Below are positions 18,698-34,578 of a stretch of 64,000 nt of DNA, one piece after another. The DNA is from Camelus ferus. Lineage: Eukaryota. The notes under the pieces are model-generated. The model had not been told where the DNA came from. It made no database searches and saw only the letters and a list, made by a program, of their open reading frames with translations. Location of the stretch: contig NC_045700.1 of NCBI RefSeq assembly GCF_009834535.1, positions 81,096,001 to 81,160,000 on the forward strand, read 5' to 3'. A program made the translations under genes and the position numbers. Positions within the stretch are counted from its first letter, which is position 1. The number at the start of each line of letters is the position of its first letter.

Positions 18698-21600
18698 CTA
18701 GACTTGGCACTGCTCTTCAAAGCCAGGCAGCAAGTCAGCTGTCTCTCCTGGCTCAGAGGACCCTCCTTCCTCATTCCCAGAGTTTTCTGGCAGTGGGCAG
18801 AGGCAACGGAGGGGCTGGGGGATGCAGGGACACAGGTTTTGAATGGGGAAAGGAAGCTCATACTCTTGATCAGCCTTCTTCCTGGACTTCTGAGGCACCT
18901 GAGCCTCTTGGGCAGTGAAAGGGGATGGCAGCCCTTGACTTAGGCCTCGTTCAAGCCATGTGCCTGCAAAAGAGAGAATGGTCAGGCCACTGCCCAACCC
19001 AGGGAGTGATGACTTCCTGGCCACTCCCCAGTCTGCTGGAGCCTGGCCTCAACTTACCAGGAATGGTGTTCTCTAGTAGAAAGCCTAAGAGTCCAGCCAG
19101 GAAGATGGATTCTGTGAGCAGTGAGCGCAGTAACACATCCAAGGGGCTCCAGCCTACAGGGGGTTGGGGTCAGGCAGGAGGAGAACTCTGATCCTATGCA
19201 AAATCAAGTGGTCTTATACTTCCAACCTAAACCTAAGTCTTGGATTAAGGACAAATCTTTCTGAATTGTCCCACCTGCCCCCGTTTTGTCCCTCTGCTGA
19301 GCATCCCCTTCCCAAATTCTTCCCACAGAATCCCTATCTGCTGAGCATCCACATGCCCTCCAGATAAGCTTTGATAGTTACAGGCTCCCTGTCTCTGGAA
19401 AGTTTGGAATTAAAAGCCCCAACTTTTTTTCCCCTACTTCTTACCTTTCGTACTCTAGCTTGGGTTCCTCAACCTCAGTACTACTGACATTTTGGACCAG
19501 ATAATTTTCTGTGTGAGGGGGGCTGTCCTGTGCATTGTAGGATGTTTGGCAGCATCTTTCTACCCACTAAATGCATGTAACAATCACTTCTCCCCTGTTT
19601 AGAACAGTCAAAAAAGTCTCCAGACATTGCCGAATGTTCTCTTGGGGGCAAAACCATCCTCAGTTAAGAACCACTGCTATTTACTAAGCTGAGCTAACAA
19701 ACTAAGTTATTTGCTGCTCCCAGGACATACCGTATAACTTCCTACTTCTCTGTCTTTGTTTATGAGGTTCCTCCACCAGGAATGACCTTCTTATCAAATA
19801 TATCTAAATCTTACCATCGTTCAAGACCAGCTAAATGTTACTTTCTCCATGAATTTACCAGGATCATCTCCAACAGAAGCCATCTCTCTCACCACTGAGC
19901 ACCATGGCTCTTTATCTGAACCTTTCCAGTTACGTTTCTACACATCTCATCTCTTTTACTAGATACTGTAACATCTAGAGGCATTTTTGTATCCCAAGGG
20001 ACTAGCACGGTGTTCAATAAATATTTGCTAAACAAATGGATGGACTATTTACAGTCAAGCCCAGAGAAGGGTGTGGGGCCTGGAGTCCAGAGAGCCTCAA
20101 GCCTTGAACCCTTGCTTTCCTGCTGCTGAGCAACTCCTCTTTCCCTCCCTCCTCCTCCCACCTGTGCTCAGTAGGACTGGAACTTCCCGAAACCATCTTG
20201 GTAGCAGCAGGGCCATGAAGATGGAGAAACCGACAATGAAGACATTCCGCCCAGAGTCAATGTCAGCCACGTGGAAGCTGGAGAATCCAGTGGACAGAAC
20301 CACGGCATGGGTCACCCCCAGCACCCCACCTGTCTCACACAGAAGTAATCAAAGAGTTGGGAGAGACTGGGCAGCACAGCAGAGAGTATTGCAGGGCAGG
20401 GCAGGATATGATGGACAGAGACCACTGAAAAGCTTGTTTCTGATTCTGCCAGGAGCCCAGAAGCCAGTCAAGAGGCCAGGATGTAGCTGAAAAATGAGGG
20501 CAGCTGACACACACTCATATCCATATATTAGGGAGGCTATTCAGAAAGAAAATGGTACCAACTACAAGCAACAAGTTGGGCCATGCTGTGGGGTACTGGT
20601 TCAAGACCAGTCCTGCTGATACATCTACTCACCAACCACAGGCAGCGGGATGGTGGTGAGGAGCTGAGCCAGCCTCGGGGAGAGCCCAAACCCCACACAG
20701 AGCAGCCCCACCAAGTGGGCCACTCGCCGAGATCCAGCCTATGTGAAGAAGAGACACCAGAAAATACAGCCACCTCCTCAACTGTTCAGGGTTTTCACCT
20801 GGCCAACTCCTCATCATTCGGATCCCAACTCACATGTCACCCTCCCAAGAAGCATCCTTGAGCACTCTACCTAAAGGGGGTCTCCCTTATTCAACTATTA
20901 TCCCACTCCCTCTGCTCTGTTTACTTTTTTTCTTTTTTTTTTAATTCCAGGCTGCACTCCCTGGGTGCACTGCAGCAATGGCCAGTCGCAACGGGAGGAC
21001 AAGGCAGAGGTGTCACAGAACCCTGAAGGCCATCCCTACCACCGGTACTGGCAAGCTGCTTTCTTTTCTTAATAGCACTTATCACTCTTGGAAATTATCT
21101 TTTATACTTTTCTTCTTACATTGTCTGCCTCTCTCTATTGAAGTCCCCAAGAGAGCAGGGATTTCATCTAATTTGTTTCTCTCTAGAACCTCAGCCCTGG
21201 TACAGTGCCTGAGGCACAGAAGGAGCTCCGTAGAGATTCAGTGCCTTCCTCATACTCCTAGCCCCTTACCACTTCTAGGCACCTCCCTCAATGAGATCAT
21301 TGACGTGAGGTGTCTGGCAGAGTGCTGGGCACAGCTGACCATCAGTCATCTGAGTTCCATTCCCTCTCCTGCACCTGCAGCTCCCACACCCACACCCCCA
21401 CATACCTGGAGAAGACTCACTGTGCCCACGTTGGGGAAGCTGGATGCAGTGCCCATGGGGCTCCCCAAAAGCCCAGCCAGCACACTGCCCAGACCCTCCA
21501 GGCTCAGGCCTCGGCTACAGGCATGCGGAGGTGGAGAAGCCAAATGAAGCAGCCGGCCACACAGGGCATAGCAGCCCAGGGAGCTGGTGGAGGCCGCCAA

Positions 21601-24600
21601 GGCCATGGAGATTCCTGCCGCCAGAGCCCTGGGTGTTAGCAAGGGCCAGTCCCACTCAGCTGGGAAGGGAAAAAGAGCTGCCTTGGAGCCAGACTCATGT
21701 CTGGAAGATCCTCCTGTCTCTAACAGCCTATGACACAAGAATCCTAGAGGCCCATTGTCTTTGAAGATAATGTCTTGGGAAAAAAACCATCAAACTCAGG
21801 TTAAAGACCCATCCATTTACTGTGGTCTACTAGGTCCTCTTTGGTCTGACCCTTACCTCTCTCTCTAGCCTCATGTCCTACCTCCCTCTGCATTGCTTCC
21901 TTCACTCCAGATACACTGGCCTTGTTTCAGGCCCTTGTACTTGCTGGGCTGCTGGCTACCATAGGGCCTTCGCATATGCTGTTCCCTCCACCTAGCATGC
22001 TCTTCTCTCTTGCCTTTACCCAGTTAGCTCCTACTCATCTCTCACATCTCAGCTCAGTGATCACTTCCTCAAGATGCCTTTCCTGACCTCCTTGATAAAG
22101 TCAGATTCCGCATTATAAACTTTCATCACACAGATTATAAGCTTCATGAGGGCAGGTACTGTGTCATTTTTATCACTGTAACCCCTATCATGTGTCTAGC
22201 ACACAGTCAGCACTCAACAGACCATTATTAAATTTATGAATGAGCAAATTTCATATACAATTTTCATATATAAATTTCATGTACAAAAGCAACCTTTATA
22301 CATAAGTCACCAATGCAAATATCTGTTGGGACAGCTAACAAAAATGTGTAAATTGGGTAACGAATATAGACCCAAAGCAGTGGGCTTACAGATGTCTCAA
22401 CGCTAAATATCACATATGTGGTGAGGGGTGGCATTGCCCCCCTGGACTGGCAATTTCTCCGCTCTGTGTGTTTTGAGAAAATCCAGGGTTCAACTCACAA
22501 ATGAAATTCATTAAATCTTGAATTCAAAGAAATAGACACCTTTGAGTAAGAGGATGGAGGGCTAGGAGAAAACCTACCCGGGTGAGGCAGCCAAAACCAT
22601 GGTGCCTCAATGGGGGCAGACAGCTCCAGGGGGATGATGCTGAGACCCAGAAGGGCAGAGACAATCCACACACAGGCCACTGGGATCAGCACCTGAGGGG
22701 CAAGACTGAGAGGGAAAAGAGCCCCTCCCCCAGAACCTTCCAAGCCAGCCTGGGAGGAGTGGTCAGAAGCTAAAAGGTAAGGTGCCGAGTGAGCGTCCAT
22801 GCCAGCCCTTCTAACCTCAACTGCCCCTGCAGAGACCCCCACATACCGAGAGGAGCCTGAAGGCAGGGATGCGAGTGTGGGTTGAAGAGGTTGAAGCTGG
22901 CCTCCAGGAACCTGGGGGTAACGGGCAGGAGCCCAGGTGCTGAGAACAGACCACCATGAGCAGGATAAGCCTAGGAGAGGGAAGGTGCTTTAGCAGCAAG
23001 AGGAAGCAGGAAGCCTGAGTGGGGAAATGGAGGTGGGAGTGGCAGAATACAATAAAAGGGGGTCCCAGAGAAGAAAGCCTCTCAGAGAGGGGGAAGGAGG
23101 GCATCTTGGGGGTCAGCAGGATACAGTGTGAAAGTCAGGGTGACCAAATGAATCCAGCAAAAGTCTGGATTCCAAATCCACAAAGTGTTGTCCCTGCTCA
23201 GACCACTGCTGAATCTGGTAGAGCCGGCAGCCCTGCCCTCCCCCAACCCCGCGGCTCCCGCACACCCCACCCATCACCACCCTACGACTCTCAGGACTTA
23301 CGTACAGCAATGCCAGGCCCCAGTGAGCAGAGCAGAACAGGGCCACCTCCCTGTGGGCAGACAGCCCTGCCACAACCAGGCTGGGGGCCAGCACCAGGGG
23401 CCCACAGTAGGAGAACAAGTGGCCAGGACCCCCCAACAGCCCCAGCGTGCCCTGCAGCAGCCCAGATATCACCACGGCCCCGGACACCTGGTGGAGTAGA
23501 GAAGAGGACAAAGAGGACAAAGAGAAAACATTTGGCTCCATCGAGTTGACCTCAGCCTGGACTTCTTAACTAATCCCAGGAGGGGTTCCTTCCCCAGCTC
23601 CTTCCCCCAGAACATCCCAGTCCCTGAAAAATGGAAACAAGAGCCTCCCCCAATCCCGGCACCACTTTTAGCCCCCACCCCTAGGCACTCACCTCTCGGA
23701 GAGAAGTGTTCCAGGGCTCCAGGCCATGACAGCCAGGCCCCCTACATGGGCGCAGCACAAGGGAGGCTGGGAGAAGTTGGAATGGAGAGGAGAGAGGTAA
23801 AGGGGGTGGAGACCGATTGCTCTACAGTTCTAGCTGTTGCATGGCACAGCTCCAACTCCCCACAGTGCCTAACACCCATAATTGCCCAATCTCTACATCC
23901 ACTTACACCTGTGTGCTCAGTGTAGCACCCAACCCCACCCTCANNNNNNNNNNNNNNNNNNNNNNNNNNNNNNNNNNNNNNNNNNNNNNNNNNNNNNNNN
24001 NNNNNNNNNNNNNNNNNNNNNNNNNNNNNNNNNNNNNNNNNNNNNNNNNNNNNNNNNNNNNNNNNNNNNNNNNNNNNNNNNNNNNNNNNNNNNNNNNNNC
24101 ATGTAACATCCAAAAAGACTCCCCAAGCTTCTCCTACCACCTGGGACCCTGCCAAGCCTGTGCTTCCTCTCCACAGAGTTCCCCTCACCTGCTGCCCATC
24201 CAAGTTTGCAGGGCAGTAGACATGCCACATGAAAAGAGGCTGGAGGCCAGGAGCTGAGCAGGGGAGTAAGAGAGTCGTCCTGGAGGGAGATTTCGAAGCA
24301 GGAGCAGGTGGGAGGCACAGAGCAGAGAAGTCAGGACCAAGATATGCTGCAGGTGGAGGGATGGGGAGGCAAGGTCTTCAGAAATAGGCAGAAATACCCA
24401 TTTCCAGAGGATTTCTCATGCCACACCTATTCTCTCCAAACACCCCCTTAAGCCAGCACCAACTCCTTCACCTCCACCTCCTACCTGCAGAGCCAGAAGA
24501 CAGCTGAGGCCCCAGGGACTGAGGCTCACACAGAGAGGCCCGAGAGTGAGAGGAGGAGTTTTGGAGAGCAGGCTGCTGAGGCAGGGGAACCAGGGTACCG

Positions 24601-24650
24601 TGAGAGCCAAGGGATCTGAGTTGTGTGGCGTGGTGGGGTGATCGGCTCAT
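18698..24650 (-). CDS. SLC23A3: Solute carrier family 23 member 3 (NAT/NCS2 nucleobase-ascorbate transporter family); reading frame disrupted in this sequence
   Basis: Exons 24650-24485 (166 nt, one base out of frame), 24346-24189, exon 3 in N-gap 23944-24099, 23766-23693, 23487-23306, 22970-22847, 22692-22578, 21659-21406, 20738-20633, 20329-20162, 19153-19058 and 18963-18698. Translations include WGLSCLLALQ|HILV, VSGAVVISGLLQG, EWDWPLLTPRALAAGISMALAAS, SSFPNVG and DIDSGRNVFIVGFSIF. Confidence 0.93.
19455..19680. mobile_element. MER20-like hAT-Charlie element
   Basis: ggttcctcaacctcagtactactgacattttggaccagataatt ... gtctccagacattgccgaatg ... gttaagaaccactg. Confidence 0.8.
21800..22240 (+). 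mobile_element. L2 fragment (further L2 pieces at about 6460-6800, 20880-21290, 39770-40440, 40770-40830 and 51220-51600)
   Basis: gccttcgcatatgctgttccctcc, agctcctactcatc, tgatcacttcctcaa, agcttcatgagggcagg ... gcacacagtcagcactcaa. Confidence 0.7.
23944..24099. other. Assembly gap (156 N) covering the expected SLC23A3 exon 3
   Basis: N run. The donor remainder tgaggg follows on minus, and the exon LPLVQAPSLEFLIPAL is not visible elsewhere. Confidence 0.95.
24512..24525 (-). pseudogene. SLC23A3: Apparent +1 frameshift lesion in SLC23A3 exon 1 (candidate unitary pseudogene or assembly error)
   Basis: ATG (24650) to donor (24485) is 166 nt = 55 codons + 1. The N-terminal homology is in one frame, while PWGLSCLLALQ is in another frame starting at 24517. 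Confidence 0.45.
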
Positions 24651-26726
24651 GCTGCCCTGCCTTTTGTCTTGTCTTGGCTGCCCTGGGCCAGAGTTAAGTA
24701 GTGAGAGTAAGAGGTCAGAGTTTGAGTGAAGTTAGCTGCCTAGAGTAGGGAGGGGCCAGGGGTGTCAACGAAGCGGAACAAAGGAAGGGACAAGGGATTT
24801 AGGGTAGGACACGGCCTTTCACCTTTGCCCAGCTCTTGTGCAAATTCCATCACCCATTAACTGGGGATCCAAGCTCTGGACCCCTCCCCCCCAAGAATGT
24901 CCATCTACATCCCCTGTTCTGGGACAGGAGCAGTGGGACAGAAGCCACTAAAATAGCCTGGGGAGATTTTACACACTATATGCCCTCCTCACTACTGCCA
25001 TTTGGAACCATCACCATTACATCATGGTTTTCAACCATTTTAGGGTCACCCCCCTGGTCAACCTCAAAAGGAAATATCCCTACATCATGTATGCCAACAG
25101 TGACCACAACGCCATATAAAGTCCTCACTGTGGTATAAAGGAGAAAAAAAGAAATCTGTAATAACACTGCAATATAAAGGAAAAACAAGACATTTATAAT
25201 AATTTTTTTCCAAGTGTAATTATTAATTTATTACATATTCTATTGAATACTGACAGTTTTTATAATACTCATTGAAAAATATAGATAGATCACTCAGTAC
25301 TTTTTGAAGAAGTCATAGTATCCTTAAAACCAGAGTAGACAGAGTTATACATTTTTTTGGTAAAGAAAATGTTTTACTTAAAGTGTTAAATCCCATCACC
25401 AGAATGAATTTGAGTTTTGCATTAGTTGGTGTTCATTACAGGACTAATCTGCCTTTTTTTTTTCAACTGGAATTCCCTTTACTTTTAAAACATACTATGT
25501 ACAGTGCAGCAGTGATCACCGGAATAGTTCTACTTACATGACTAAGCCACAAAGTTGAGGTGCAGACATATGAAAATTAAAAAAAAAATACACCAACTTT
25601 AAAAATAAATACTGCATAATGACAAGTATGTACAAATATTCCATACAGTCATGTCCTTCTTATATGAAAGCTTGGGCCCAGCTAAACCAGAAGATAATGA
25701 AGTAGCCCAGTGCCCACCCCCATATGTAGCATCACCATGGATGTGCTAACTACAATACTAACTGATGTTAGTGCTTTCCTGATGACACATGTGCTGCCAT
25801 TGGTAACCTGATGTTCCAAAATAGTGAACAAGTTTTCTTGGTAAAGTGATGAAAAAAGCAAAATATAGTTTTAATTTACACAGAGGTGCATTCCTGGCAA
25901 ACTCTTTTTCCAAACGTGCAAAAATTATTCTGTGTTCACGTGTAAAAAGTTGGATAGTTCTAGGCTCAGATAAATATAAATAGGCTTTCCATATACGTAA
26001 TGTCCATCTGATTATTCAAAAGTTGTCTTGGGAATTCTTCATAAAAGAGGGGTTCCTGAGCAATTCAGGATGTGTGGCATCCTGCGCAGGCAAACTAAAT
26101 GTCAGTAAGTCCCACCCCTTCAAATCAAAAATGCCCTATAAATTTCCAAAATACCCGCTAGGGGGCAGTACCACCCCTGCTGTGGGTCACAGTAGGTGGT
26201 TCCAAATACCCACAGTCCAGCTAGCTGCTCAGTTTTCCTTCTTCCAATGATAACCCAATCTCGGTACTCTCTTTAGCAACACTGACTGGAACCATGTGTC
26301 AGACCAGAAAGGAAGTCAGGATAGAGATAAGGTGTCCTTGGGCTTGCCCTCAAGGAGCTCATGGGGCTCTGCTGGATTCTTGGCTTGGCCTCTGTCCATG
26401 AGATGTGCTTCAGGATCCACAAAGATGGTGCTCACTCAGAACTTCCTACAGACAGGGCTACCGATGGTCATGCGACAGTCACCACCGCACCCAAGCTGAG
26501 CAGCGCTAGGAGCAGGGTCAAGGGTGCTGCGAGCAGGGATGAAGAGGCAGTTTGAAATGGGAACCTATGACCATCAAACAACAGGGACATTCTGGAATGG
26601 GGCTCAGAGAGAATGAGTTGCAAGATGATGGTGCCAGGAAGTAGGGAGGCTGAGAAGGCAGATATGGGGGAAAGCTCTTCGAGGGTTGCCGCAGAAGGAA
26701 GAGTCCAGGCCATGCAACTGAAACTG

Positions 26727-26732
26727 TTTATT
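26727..26732 (-). terminator. CNPPD1 polyadenylation signal
   Basis: AATAAA on minus, about 650 nt after the stop codon. Confidence 0.65.
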
Positions 26733-27384
26733 GAAACCTTAGTTCTACAAAAGCATGAAAACCCCAGATACAAAGAGGTGGCCAGAGAAGCCTGTGAAGA
26801 GAACACCAGGAGAGGAACAGGAAGAGAGGGAAGCTCAGGAGCAGGGGACTAAGAAGAGAAGGTTGGAAGACAAGACGGCAAACCCTCAGCCTTGAGGTCC
26901 CAGTAGCCCCTGGCTCCTCTAGACTTCGTCCCAGAGACAGGTGTGGAGAGGGTTTCCCACCTCACCCTGCCTTCCCTCAGCAGCTCCCACCTTGGCCCTA
27001 TCAGTCCCTGCCTCTCTTGCCTCAGGGACATCACACAGACCCTGGTCAAAATTTCCTCTCTCCCTTGCCCCATCCTAGGAAACTCAAAAGCAAAAGTCTA
27101 GAAGAGACCAGGGGTGACAGAGAGATGGGGGTCTCTCCCCTGCCCACCTGTGACATGCCCCAGTCAGCAAGCTGAAACCTTCCCTGGCACCATCACTGCT
27201 CTGGCCAAGCAGCTGACCACGGAGGTCTAGGAGAGCAAATGACCTTCAGTCCCTCTGCCCTATGACCCTCTTAAGCTCCATCACCCAGGAGGACAGGGGA
27301 CCAGCCAAGGACCCAGATCAAGCTCTGCTCCTCCAGGTTCTCAGGGACTCCCAAATCCTCTTACTGTGTTCCTCAGAACCCTAC

Positions 27385-33060
<5,676 letters not shown>

Positions 33061-33494
33061 CTGGGTTGCCCCATTCCTGTCTTCAGGTGTCGAGTGAGTT
33101 AGGCCTGGAGGTTCCCATTCCCCCATCAGTGGGCGCTTTTCCACCTTTAGCGATGGATGTAGGAGCCTCTGTCACCCACTCACCGCTGAGGTGCCTGTCT
33201 CTCCCTAAGGTTGCTGTCTTCGTCCAACCTACGGCCCTTCTTCCTACTCAGCATCTCACTTTTGGCTTATTTTTTGCTGGACCTCTGGCCGCCTCGCTTC
33301 CTCCCTGACATCTCAGGTCAGTGTTACTTCATTCATTTAGCAAGCCCCGTTGTGCACTTGTTTTGCGCCTGACCCCCCTGGCTGGGTTGAATGGTGAGGG
33401 AAATGTACAGCAGGCCACCTGCCTCCCAAGCACCACAATTTCCCCCTAGTTAGGAAATAGAGAATTTCCTTTTTCTCGGAATTAATGTTACTAT

Positions 33495-33725
33495 GAGTGG
33501 AGTAGTTAAGATTGTGGACTCTGCAGCCAGATTGCCTGGGTTCCACAGCCTGCTTTCCCATTTACCATGTACGTGACCTTGTAAAAGTCATTCGATCTCC
33601 TTGTCTGTTTCTTCATCTATGAAACAGAGACTATAGAACTTGCTTCATAAGGAGGTGGAGAATAAATGAGTTAATACACGTTACCTGCTTATGGTAGGGC
33701 TTCACAATGATAGGATTTGCAGGAA
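33495..33725 (+). mobile_element. MIR SINE (others at about 5960-6070, 11770-11930, 14040-14230, 43090-43200, 47450-47620 and 55120-55280)
   Basis: gtagttaagattgtggactctgcagccagattgcctgggttc ... gtgaccttg ... tctgtttcttcatctatgaaa ... aaatgagttaatac. Confidence 0.8.
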
Positions 33726-34398
33726 TATTAGTTCATACTGTGTTTTACTTGTTGTTCACACCTTTACCTAATAGATATTTTGGAGCAGCTAGGTGCTGGG
33801 CTGTAATGGGTTGTTTGGAATATAAACATGAATAAGATGTGATGCCTGTTGTTGAGAAAGGTTAAGTGTAAAGAAGGGGACGTGTATAAATGACAATAAC
33901 AATGTAACATTTTCTGCAAATGGCATTTGAAGAAAGCACCCTGGGACTGCAAAGGAAGGGCACTTGTTTCTGCCTTGGGGAGTGTTTTTTGGAGCTCTGC
34001 CACTTAATAACTTGTGTCCCTCCTCTCTCTACAGCATCATCCCCAGAGGAGCCACACTCTGACAGGTGAGTGCAGGCCACCCTTTGAAGACAAATGTCCA
34101 GACCCTGTCTTGTTCTGGGGCCAGTGTCACCACCATGGTTAGGGCAACACTGCAGCTTCTGCAGGCACAGACTCCAGCATAGTGAATGCACTGATAACAA
34201 GTTTGGTTCCAGGTTCTTGCATAGATGTTTGCATGCCTGCTCCTTTCAGGGCAGAGGGTTGGGAGCGCTGGGCTTTGCTTCCTAGGACCAGGACAGCCTC
34301 CCTTTGGGAGGTGGGGTTGTCCCTTCCTTAGACTAAAGATCTCATTGGCTTTCTCAGAGGGATTTGAGTGCCTAGCAAGCTGGTGTCTGAGGCCTCCA

Positions 34399-34578
34399 NN
34401 NNNNNNNNNNNNNNNNNNNNNNNNNNNNNNNNNNNNNNNNNNNNNNNNNNNNNNNNNNNNNNNNNNNNNNNNNNNNNNNNNNNNNNNNNNNNNNNNNNNN
34501 NNNNNNNNNNNNNNNNNNNNNNNNNNNNNNNNNNNNNNNNNNNNNNNNNNNNNNNNNNNNNNNNNNNNNNNNNNNNNN
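34399..34578. other. Assembly gap (180 N) covering the expected RETREG2 exon 4
   Basis: N run between exon 3 (phase 2 end) and exon 5 (phase 0 start). An exon of length 3n+1 is needed and is not visible elsewhere. Confidence 0.9.
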
